In this document: positions 8,706 through 16,472 of the stretch, one piece after another
How positions within the stretch are numbered: position 1 is the stretch's first letter
Layout of the letters: every line of letters begins with the position of its first letter
Source: an uncultured Candidatus Bathyarchaeia archaeon
GTDB lineage: Archaea > Thermoproteota > Bathyarchaeia > TCS64
DNA length: 24,896 nt
Reading direction: 5' to 3'
Assembly: GCA_964594895.1 (NCBI GenBank)
Contig: CAZQOX010000001.1
Coordinates: 1 to 24,896, forward strand
Program-made: the position numbers and the translations under genes
The notes under the pieces: model-generated
The model's database searches: none
Seen by the model: the letters and a program-made list of their open reading frames with translations, nothing else
Told to the model about the DNA's origin: nothing

Positions 8706-10858
8706 ACGGAGAAGAGGCCCCGAAGATTGGGGTGTTCCTCTGCCACTGCGGAACCAACATAGCCGGGGTGGTCGACGTACCCAGCGTCGCCGAGTACGCC
8801 CGCAGGATACCTGGGGTATACTACGTAGAGGAGAACCTCCACACCTGCAGCTCCGAGGGCATCAACCACATCAAGGAGGCCATCGAGAGGGAGGGGCTGG
8901 AGAGGGTCGTCGTCGCCGCGTGCACCCCACGAACCCACGAACAGCTGTTCATGGAGGCCGTGGAGGAGGCGGGGCTCAACAGGTACCTCTTCCAGATGGT
9001 CAACGTACGTGAACAAGACTCATGGGTCCACGGGGACAAGGACGCCGCGACGGCGAAAGCAAAACAGCTGGTCCACATGGCGGTGGCGAAGGCAACTTAC
9101 CTAGAGCCCGAGGAGAGGAGAAAGATCGACGTCACACCCACATCCCTCGTGGTGGGGGCCGGCGTGGCCGGGATGACCGCTGCGCTCGCCCTGGCGGAAC
9201 AAGGCTTCCAAGTCATACTAGTAGAGAAGGAGGGCGAGCCCGGAGGCCTAGTGAAGAAACTTTTCGACTTATCTCCCACCAACCAAGACGCAGAGGAGTT
9301 CCTCGCACCCATGATCGACGCGGTGCGAAGCAACGACAACATACAGCTCTTCACGTCATCCAAGGTCGTGGACGTCAGCGGCTTCATAGGCCACTTCAAC
9401 GTCGGCATCAAATCAAACAAGAATCATCTCTCCACCGAGGTGGGAACCATCATCGTAGCCACCGGTGCAGAGGTCTTCACCCCCGACGGATACTATTCCT
9501 ACGGCGAAACCCCCAACATAGTCACACAGCTTGAGCTCGAGGAAAAGCTCCGTGAAGGCTCGTTCAAGGTTCCAGACCATGTGGCTTTCATCCAGTGCGT
9601 CGGCAGCATGGAGGAGAAAGGGAGGACATACTGCTCGAGAATATGCTGCGGCGTGGCGCTTAAGAACGCCATACGGCTGAAGGAGCTCAACCCAGACGCG
9701 GATATCCACATACTCTACAGGGAGCTTCAGGCATACGGGGTCGAGCTGGAGGCGCTGTACAGGGAGGCCCTCAGCAAGGAGGTCAAGTTCATCAACTATG
9801 TCCCGGAGAGGCCGCCGGAGGTATCGGCTCAGAGCGGAGGCATCAATCTGAGTGTCTACGACACGCTTCAGGGATCGGATGTGGAGCTGCAGCCAGGTTT
9901 GGTCGTCCTCTCCACCCCTCTCGTGCAGCACGAGGAGGGGCGAGCCTTGGCTAAGCTGCTGAGGGTCCCACTGGGCTCAGACGGCTTCTTCCTCGAGGCA
10001 CACCCCAAGATGAGGCCCGTCGACTTCTCGTCCGACGGCATCTACCTCTGCGGGACAGCCCACGCACCAAAGAACATCGCGGAAAGCGTCACCCAGGGAT
10101 ACGCCGCGGCTTCACGGGCAGCCATACCCATGAGGCTGGGTGAGATCAGCATAGACGCAGTCAGTGCAGTCCTCGACCCGGAGCTCTGTGTAGGCTGTGG
10201 GGCGTGCGCCAGCGGATGCCCCTTCGACGCCATCGAGTGGATGCCCTCGGGGAAGCCCCACGTGATCGAGGCGGCGTGCAAAGGCTGCGGCGTCTGCACG
10301 GTGGAGTGCCCGGTGGGCGCCATGCAGCTGAGATACTTCAAGGACAAACAGCTTGTGCCCGCCGTCAGAGCCCTCATGCAGCGGACACCAGGGATGAATG
10401 TAGATGACTCATCAAACCCGACTGTGCTGGTTTTCGCGTGCAGGTGGTGCAGCTACGCGGCGGCCGACTACGCGGGTGTGATGAGGCTCAGCTACCCGGC
10501 CAACGTCCGCATACTCATGGTGCCATGTACTGGCAGGGTCGACTTCAGACACATATATGAGGGGTTCAGCAGCGGCGCCGACGGAGTAATAGTGATAGGG
10601 TGCCTCAAGGAGCAGTGCCACTACACAGACGGCAACATAATCGCAGAGAGGAGGGTCGAAGTAGAGAAGAAGGCCATAGAGGTCCTAGGTATTAGCGGCG
10701 ACAGGCTTGAGATGCTCTTCTGCAGCGCAGGAATGCCCAGGGAGTTCGCAGAGTATATGCGGAGCTTCACCGAGAGGATCAAGCGGCTTGGGAAGATCGA
10801 ACGCGAGACGGTCCGAGCGTTCAAGGAGATAGAGGTAGAGGCAGCGGCTGGAGGGTGA
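8702..10858 (+). CDS. hdrA: HdrA-like flavoprotein fused to an MvhD-like [2Fe-2S] domain (N-terminal domain, FAD domain, C-terminal ferredoxin, MvhD)
   Basis: KIGVFLCHCGTNI...HTCS...ACTP; VVGAGVAG; CSRICCGVALKNA; CVGCGACASGCP and CKGCGVCTVECP; C-terminal FACRWCSYAAAD...VPCTGRVD...GCLKEQCHY (MvhD). ATGA overlap with the preceding gene. Confidence 0.93.
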   Translation: MNGEEAPKIGVFLCHCGTNIAGVVDVPSVAEYARRIPGVYYVEENLHTCSSEGINHIKEAIEREGLERVVVAACTPRTHEQLFMEAVEEAGLNRYLFQMVNVREQDSWVHGDKDAATAKAKQLVHMAVAKATYLEPEERRKIDVTPTSLVVGAGVAGMTAALALAEQGFQVILVEKEGEPGGLVKKLFDLSPTNQDAEEFLAPMIDAVRSNDNIQLFTSSKVVDVSGFIGHFNVGIKSNKNHLSTEVGTIIVATGAEVFTPDGYYSYGETPNIVTQLELEEKLREGSFKVPDHVAFIQCVGSMEEKGRTYCSRICCGVALKNAIRLKELNPDADIHILYRELQAYGVELEALYREALSKEVKFINYVPERPPEVSAQSGGINLSVYDTLQGSDVELQPGLVVLSTPLVQHEEGRALAKLLRVPLGSDGFFLEAHPKMRPVDFSSDGIYLCGTAHAPKNIAESVTQGYAAASRAAIPMRLGEISIDAVSAVLDPELCVGCGACASGCPFDAIEWMPSGKPHVIEAACKGCGVCTVECPVGAMQLRYFKDKQLVPAVRALMQRTPGMNVDDSSNPTVLVFACRWCSYAAADYAGVMRLSYPANVRILMVPCTGRVDFRHIYEGFSSGADGVIVIGCLKEQCHYTDGNIIAERRVEVEKKAIEVLGISGDRLEMLFCSAGMPREFAEYMRSFTERIKRLGKIERETVRAFKEIEVEAAAGG

Positions 10859-10862
10859 CGGC

Positions 10863-11684
10863 GTGTACAGGATAACCGAGAAACAGGAGATACAGCCAAA
10901 CATCAACATGTTCAAGGTATACGCACCGGCCGTGTCGAAGAAGGCGGAGCCGGGACAGTTCGTGATCATCAGGAGCAACGAGAGAGGCGAGAGAATGCCG
11001 ATGACTATCGCGGGAACAGAGCCCGACGAAGGAACAGTAACCATATACTTCGCGGAGGTGGGAGCCTCCTCCAAAGAGTTAGGAGCCCTTGGCGAGGGAG
11101 ACGACATACTCAACTTCTCCGGGCCCCTCGGAAACGCGATACCCATCGAAGAGTATGGAAACGTCCTCTGTATCGCTGGAGGAGTGTTTCAGGGAGCCAA
11201 CTACTATCTATCGAAGAGGCTCCACGAGGCAGACAACGAAGTAACCAACGTCATCTGTGTCCCGAGCGAAGACCACTTGTTCCTCTTAGATGAGGTTGAG
11301 AGCGTAAGCAAGAACGTTCTCGTAGCCACCGACGACGCTGCAAACGGAGTCAACCTACCGGAATTACTGGAGAAAGTGTTCAAGGAGACCAGCTTTGACC
11401 GGGTATTCACGTTCGGACCCACCTCCATGCAGAGGCTGGTCGCGGAGACAACGAGGCCGCTGGGTATACCTACCAGAGTGGCCCTCTTCCCGATAATGGT
11501 TGACGGCACAGGGATGTGCGGGGCGTGCAGGGTAACCGTAGGCGGGGCGACGCGGTTCGCCTGCATAGACGGCCCAGAGTTCGACGGCCACCTGGTCGAC
11601 TTCGACGAGCTCATCTCAAGGATGAGGTACTATACCGCCCAGGAGAAGATCGCCATGGTTCTCCATGAGAGGAGGATCGTGTGA
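10863..11684 (+). CDS. nfnA: NfnA/SudB-like FAD/[2Fe-2S] subunit (PyrK family) of an Nfn-type transhydrogenase
   Basis: PGQFVIIR..GERMPMTIA, GPLG, PIMVDGTGMCGACRV...ACIDGPEFDGH. GTG start preceded by GGAGGGTGA. Confidence 0.88.
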   Translation: MYRITEKQEIQPNINMFKVYAPAVSKKAEPGQFVIIRSNERGERMPMTIAGTEPDEGTVTIYFAEVGASSKELGALGEGDDILNFSGPLGNAIPIEEYGNVLCIAGGVFQGANYYLSKRLHEADNEVTNVICVPSEDHLFLLDEVESVSKNVLVATDDAANGVNLPELLEKVFKETSFDRVFTFGPTSMQRLVAETTRPLGIPTRVALFPIMVDGTGMCGACRVTVGGATRFACIDGPEFDGHLVDFDELISRMRYYTAQEKIAMVLHERRIV

Positions 11685-13084
11685 TGGCTTTCGACGTCCC
11701 ACAGGTGGAGATGCCCAAGCAGACGCCGGAGGAGCGTGTGAACAACTTCGACGAGGTCGCGCTCGGCTACACCGAGGAACAGGCCGTCCAGGAGGCGTCC
11801 AGGTGCCTCGGCTGTAAGAACCCCCAGTGCATCAAGGGATGCCCGGTCGACGTCGACATCCCGAGCTTCATAGAGCTCATCAAGACAGAAAAATACGTCG
11901 AGGCAGCCGCCAAGATAAAGGAAACCAACGCCCTGCCAGCCATCTGCGGCCGCGTGTGCCCACAGGAGAACCAGTGCCAGAAACGTTGCGTCCTCGGCGT
12001 AAGAAGTGAACCGGTGGCCATCGGTAGACTTGAGCGGTTCGCCGCAGACTACGAAAGAAAGCATGGAGAACCCTCTAAACCTGTTAAGGGTGAAAGACTT
12101 GGCCGTGTGGCCGTCGTAGGCGCGGGACCCGCAGGGTTAACGGTGACGGCTGACCTCCTGATGAGAGGCTACGATGTGGAGGTTTTCGAGTCCCTCCACG
12201 AAGCAGGCGGAGTACTGATGTATGGCATACCCGAGTTCAGGCTACCCAAGGCGATAGTGCAGGCGGAGGTAGACTACGTCAAGAGCCTAGGGGCAAAGAT
12301 ACACCTCGACGCCACCATAGGCAGACTCCACACAATTTCAGAGCTTTTCGAGAGCGGCTTCCAAGCGGTCTTCATAGGGAGCGGCGCCGGGCTCCCCAGG
12401 TTCCTGAACGTCCCCGGCGAGAACCTCAAGGGGATCTACTCGGCAAACGAGTTCCTGATCAGGACCAACCTGATGAAGGCGTACAGGTTCCCCGAGTACC
12501 GGACCCCCATCACGGTGGGGAGGAACGTGGCGGTCATCGGTGGCGGGAACGTGGCCATGGACTCTGCTCGGTGCGCCAAGAGATTGGGCGCCGAGAACGT
12601 CTACATAGTGTACCGGAGGGGCAGGGAGGAGCTCCCGGCCAGGGAGGAGGAGGTAGAGAACGCCGAGGATGAAGACGTAATATTCAGGCTCTTGAACAAC
12701 CCGGTCAGGTTCATCGGCGACGACAGGGGCTACGTCACAGAAATGGAGTGCATCGGGATGAAGCTGGGGGAGCCGGACGACTCAGGGAGGAGGCGGCCCA
12801 TAGAGGTGGAGGGTTCAGAGTTCCTCATGGAGGTGGACAACGTGGTGGTGGCGATAGGGCAGACCCCCAACCCCTTAATACAGCAGACGACCGAAGGGCT
12901 AGAGGTGACCCGGTGGGGCACCATAGTCACCGACGAGGAGACGATGAAGACGAGCATCGACGCCGTCTACGCCGGCGGAGACGTGGTCAGCGGAGCCGCG
13001 ACTGTGATAAGCGCCATGGGGGCCGGAAGGAGGGCTGCGAGAGCCATCCACGAGTACCTGACCCAATCTCACTCGGCGACGTAA
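11681..13084 (+). CDS. nfnB: NfnB/SudA-like (GltD-family) NADPH-binding flavoprotein with 2[4Fe-4S]
   Basis: NFDEVALGY...EASRCLGC...CIKGCP...CGRVCPQENQC; VVGAGPAG; YGIPEFRLPK; VIGGGNVAMD...YRR; YAGGDVVSGAATVISAMGAG. Start is GTG 11681 or ATG 11684, overlapping the nfnA stop, with GGAGG at 11671-11675. Confidence 0.9.
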   Translation: MMAFDVPQVEMPKQTPEERVNNFDEVALGYTEEQAVQEASRCLGCKNPQCIKGCPVDVDIPSFIELIKTEKYVEAAAKIKETNALPAICGRVCPQENQCQKRCVLGVRSEPVAIGRLERFAADYERKHGEPSKPVKGERLGRVAVVGAGPAGLTVTADLLMRGYDVEVFESLHEAGGVLMYGIPEFRLPKAIVQAEVDYVKSLGAKIHLDATIGRLHTISELFESGFQAVFIGSGAGLPRFLNVPGENLKGIYSANEFLIRTNLMKAYRFPEYRTPITVGRNVAVIGGGNVAMDSARCAKRLGAENVYIVYRRGREELPAREEEVENAEDEDVIFRLLNNPVRFIGDDRGYVTEMECIGMKLGEPDDSGRRRPIEVEGSEFLMEVDNVVVAIGQTPNPLIQQTTEGLEVTRWGTIVTDEETMKTSIDAVYAGGDVVSGAATVISAMGAGRRAARAIHEYLTQSHSAT

Positions 13085-13326
13085 CAGGTCGTCGTGGAAA
13101 TTACACCGTAGAGGTTCCGTATCTTGTTGAGCACTATGTTCTGCAGCTGGTCTATGTCGTCAACTTCTACATCGACGTACATGTCATAGGGTCCGTAGAT
13201 GTAGTGGGCTTCCTTGACGCCCTCTAGGCTTAGTATCTCGTTCTTTAGCATGTTCTCTATCTTGGAGTCCACTCTCAGAAATACCAGAGCTCTGTGAGGG
13301 TCTGGTAGATCAAGCTCGCCTCGCAT
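13069..13326 (-). CDS. Stand-alone Lrp/AsnC ligand-binding (RAM) domain protein, no HTH
   Basis: 85 aa: ALVFLRV...LEGVKEAHYIYGPYDMYVDVE...IRNLYGVISTTT. Its 3' end overlaps the nfnB 3' end by 16 bp. Confidence 0.85.
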   Translation of the reverse strand: MRGELDLPDPHRALVFLRVDSKIENMLKNEILSLEGVKEAHYIYGPYDMYVDVEVDDIDQLQNIVLNKIRNLYGVISTTTCYVAE

Positions 13327-13377
13327 TCTATTACTGGATTAGTTTTCCAGTTATTGGAGCTATTGGAGGCATAAAAG

Positions 13378-13560
13378 TTCGCGTTTCGTACCATCATAGG
13401 AATATAGGGGTGTTCCTCGTAACATGAACGCCGTGAAACCACCCTCGAAACGAGAACTATATATACTATGTTTACTATAATTATTTTAAAAGAGAATGGG
13501 TTCCATATTGCAGAATCGTGTAAACGAGGCTGCATAGTCCAAAACCTCTTTAAACGAGAA
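13378..13560. promoter_or_regulatory. Array of (G/T)AAACGAGAA-like sites in the divergent promoter region of the two Lrp-family genes
   Basis: GAAACGAGAA 13447-13456, TAAAAGAGAA 13487-13496, TAAACGAGGC 13521-13530, TAAACGAGAA 13551-13560, plus an inverted GAAACGCGAA at 13378-13387. Confidence 0.45.
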
Positions 13561-13570
13561 GTGCAAGAAA

Positions 13571-14017
13571 ATGCGGATAGATCGACTTGATCTGCAGATA
13601 CTTCGATCTCTGAGCAGGGACGGCCGCAAGCCGTTCAAGGCAATCGCACGCGAGCTAGACGTCAGCGACGCCACCATAAGGAAACGCGTGAGACGGATGC
13701 AGAAGGAAGAGATAATAAAGCAGTTCCACGTGCTCATCGACTACGACAAGATAGGTAACTTCATCAAGGCTTTCATAGGGCTCAAAGTAAACCCTCAACA
13801 GCTTCAAGAAATAGTGAATGAACTCGAGAACCACCCCGACATCCAGGTCATGTACAGGACCACCGGGGGGTGGGACATCTTCGTCGAAGTCATCTTCAAG
13901 GACATGCAGGAACTCAACTGGTTCATGGAGAAGAAGCTGAGCATCGACGGGATAATAGGCACAGAGGCGAACGTTGTCATCGGCTCATACAAACGGTGCC
14001 CGTGCACAAATATATAG
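13571..14017 (+). CDS. Lrp/AsnC family transcriptional regulator (HTH plus RAM)
   Basis: IDRLDLQILRSLSRDGRKPFKAIARELDVSDATIRKRVRRM (AsnC HTH); YRTTGGWDIFVEV (RAM domain). Confidence 0.95.
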   Translation: MRIDRLDLQILRSLSRDGRKPFKAIARELDVSDATIRKRVRRMQKEEIIKQFHVLIDYDKIGNFIKAFIGLKVNPQQLQEIVNELENHPDIQVMYRTTGGWDIFVEVIFKDMQELNWFMEKKLSIDGIIGTEANVVIGSYKRCPCTNI

Positions 14018-14095
14018 AGCCGCTACTTAGCCCAGATACCTAGCGCTTTACCCTCAAGTTCATATTCTCATAATTATGATGTATACTGGATTTGT

Positions 14096-14908
14096 ATGTC
14101 TGCTAAGGCGCGTAAGCTCTTCAACCCGTGGAACATAGCGTTGGTGACCCTACTAGTGGGGTTGATGCTGGGATACCAGGTCAACGACGTGTTGTCGTCA
14201 GGCAAGATCAGCAGCCTCCAGGAGACGATAGATGATCAGAGCGCCACGGTGACGGCGTTGGAGCAGCAGGTCGCCGTGCTGCAGGGGAACTACACCAAGA
14301 TTCAAGACGATCTGGCGCGGGTCACGGAGGTCTACGAGATCCTCCAGAACGACGCGGTCCTTAGGAGCATATACGACGAGCTGCTGGAGGACTACGAGGA
14401 CGCGACCCAGGAGCTGAACGACTCCACAGACAGGGTCTCTGAGCTCGAGGACCAAGTCGGCGATCTCGAGTACCAGGTAAGCGAACTCGAGGAAGACTAT
14501 GATGCGCTTCAGGAGAGCTACTTCAAGTTGTGGAACGAGTACAACAACATCAGGGTCTTGAGTTGGACGTACTTCGTCGTGAACGGTCTGGAGGTTAATC
14601 TCACGACTACCAAACTTGTCTACGAAACAAACACAAACATCGAAGGCTCTATAAGTATTCACTACATCAACGGCGATCCTTTCAACGGCACCTTCGTGCT
14701 GAGGGTATGGAGCGACGTTCTAAGTGTGGGCAGTAGTTCATCCGAGAAACAGATCTACGGTGAAGCAGAATATGTCTTCAATAATCCATTCATGTTTGGA
14801 GCGGGGTCGTATGTTCTCAGAGCTTCAATCATCAAGGACGCTGAGGGCAACGTCGTCGCCGGCTCTACTCAGCTTAAGGACTACTCGATAGATATGCAAG
14901 TAGGATAA
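14096..14908 (+). CDS. Membrane-anchored coiled-coil protein with C-terminal beta-rich domain, function unknown
   Basis: N-terminal hydrophobic helix (IALVTLLVGLMLGY), ~120 aa acidic heptad region (VSELEDQVGDLEYQVSELEEDYDAL), beta-rich C-terminus. Confidence 0.8.
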   Translation: MSAKARKLFNPWNIALVTLLVGLMLGYQVNDVLSSGKISSLQETIDDQSATVTALEQQVAVLQGNYTKIQDDLARVTEVYEILQNDAVLRSIYDELLEDYEDATQELNDSTDRVSELEDQVGDLEYQVSELEEDYDALQESYFKLWNEYNNIRVLSWTYFVVNGLEVNLTTTKLVYETNTNIEGSISIHYINGDPFNGTFVLRVWSDVLSVGSSSSEKQIYGEAEYVFNNPFMFGAGSYVLRASIIKDAEGNVVAGSTQLKDYSIDMQVG

Positions 14909-15242
14909 TGCCACAACCATCTACAGAGTATCGTAGCAGACACCCAAATTCATTGGGTGATGCAATTCTTATGCCTAGAACGATTCTAATCGAATGGCTT
15001 TCGAAGGATGTCACCGTACACGCGGCTCTGCTTGGTTAAGACGCTGATGATTATTGTAGGAGACGCTGCAAGAATCCGACGCTGAGCTGCCCCAAACATC
15101 GTCTGAATGCGGATTAAATGATTTTTTTTAATGCTAGAGGAAAATGATGTTTGTATCCTATGTGGCTACTTTGGGCTAGTCCTCTTAAGCGTCTGCGATC
15201 TCAAACGTTATATCCACTCGGATCATCTTAGGCTAGACTAAA

Positions 15243-16469
15243 TTGGCTGCGGCTTTCATAAGGGAGCTCGGGCGGGTCTGGAGGCGCCAGAAACGTAACT
15301 GGAGGACCGTCGTGACCCGCCAGATCTTCAACAGGTTCTTCAACGAGCTCACCCTCGAGTACGCCAACATCTACATCACCCTCCTCGGCGCCTCACCCGT
15401 GCAGCTGGGCGCGGTCAACAGCGTCTTGGGCGTCGCCCAAGCCCTCATATCCATACCGCTGGGCATCATCCGCGACCGCTTCAACCTCAGGAAGATCTAC
15501 CTCTTCGGCGTCGGCATGCTGGTGTTCGTGCCTCTCCTCTACGCCTTGGCGCCGAGCTGGCAGGTGATATCTCTCGCCATCCTCCTCTCGGGGCTCGGCA
15601 TGATGGTCGGCTCCTGCGTCATCATCTGTGACCTCAGCCTGCCGCACCGGGACAGGGCCACGGGGAAGGCGCTGTGTGAGGGAACCGGCGCCCTGCCGAC
15701 CATACTCGCCCCCACCGGTGCTGCCGTCCTCATCACGTTGTTCGGCGGCATAACCACCCGGGGCATCCGTGACCTGTACTGGATACAGTTCGCCGCCAGG
15801 CTGATGCTCTTCCTCTACGTCTACAGGAACCTCACCGACGTGGAGAGGCCCAACAGCGCGCCGAAGGGACTCGATGTGGCAGCAGAGTTCGGCGAGGTCT
15901 TCAGGCGGGGCACGGCGGTCAAGCGGTGGATTCTCTTCCAGAGCGTCAACACGTTCACGATGACCATGCTCTCCACGTTCAGATACCCATACATCTACGA
16001 CGTCAAAGGCGCCAGCCAGTACATCATAGGCGGCTTCGCCACGGCGACCCTCGTCACGGAAGCCATCTTCAGCACCGTCATAGGCAGGTTCGCAGACAGG
16101 ATGGGGCGGAAGAAGGCCTTCTACATACTCATACCGCTGGTCAGCGCCGCCAACCTCGCATTGATACTTGCGCCCACCCCGGGGTGGCTGCTGCTCGCCG
16201 GGTTCCTCATGGGGTTCAGGATGATCGCCACCTTCAGCTACGGCTCCATGACTCCCGAGCTGGTGCCCCCCGAGTGCCTGGGCCGGTGGCGCGGCCTGAT
16301 AGGCCTCTTCACCGGCCTAGCCAGCATACCAGCCCCCATCATCGGAGGCCTGATATGGGAGCGGCTCGGGCCCCAGTGGGTGTTCATCGCCATAACGGTG
16401 ATAGATCTGCTTGTCAGGACCCCTCTGCTGTACTCCGTCCCCGAGACCTTGAGAATCCGTAAAGAATAG
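15243..16469 (+). CDS. MFS transporter
   Basis: About 12 hydrophobic segments; GIIRDRFNLRK and GRFADRMGRKK MFS motif-A loops. TTG start with TTATAT at about 15207-15212 upstream. Confidence 0.92.
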   Translation: MAAAFIRELGRVWRRQKRNWRTVVTRQIFNRFFNELTLEYANIYITLLGASPVQLGAVNSVLGVAQALISIPLGIIRDRFNLRKIYLFGVGMLVFVPLLYALAPSWQVISLAILLSGLGMMVGSCVIICDLSLPHRDRATGKALCEGTGALPTILAPTGAAVLITLFGGITTRGIRDLYWIQFAARLMLFLYVYRNLTDVERPNSAPKGLDVAAEFGEVFRRGTAVKRWILFQSVNTFTMTMLSTFRYPYIYDVKGASQYIIGGFATATLVTEAIFSTVIGRFADRMGRKKAFYILIPLVSAANLALILAPTPGWLLLAGFLMGFRMIATFSYGSMTPELVPPECLGRWRGLIGLFTGLASIPAPIIGGLIWERLGPQWVFIAITVIDLLVRTPLLYSVPETLRIRKE

Positions 16470-16472
16470 AGC

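Noticed and set aside
7389-10858. Calling the HdrA pair QmoA/QmoB (sulfate reduction)
   Set aside because: The architecture is reminiscent, but the short subunit carries an inserted ferredoxin and no aprAB, sat or dsr genes are in the window; only phylogeny could support it.
6021-10858. Selenocysteine or pyrrolysine read-through, or a frameshift fusing the two hdrA genes
   Set aside because: No in-frame internal stops in the domains; the ATGA overlap is ordinary translational coupling and each gene starts and ends at a domain boundary.
6021-10858. Evidence of methanogenesis
   Set aside because: Hdr-like complexes are widespread in non-methanogens; no mcr, mtr or fwd genes in the window.
11681-13084. 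Glutamate synthase small subunit annotation
   Set aside because: No gltB in the window, and the gene is coupled to an NfnA/SudB-type partner, which fits Nfn/Sud.
13275-13737. Minus-strand ORFs 13275-13535 and 13486-13737
   Set aside because: They span AT-rich promoter DNA or are antisense to the Lrp gene; no motifs.
15044-15085. Possible C/D-box sRNA (TGATGA ... CTGA)
   Set aside because: Only about 42 nt with no convincing internal D'/C' pair; too short for the usual two-guide layout.
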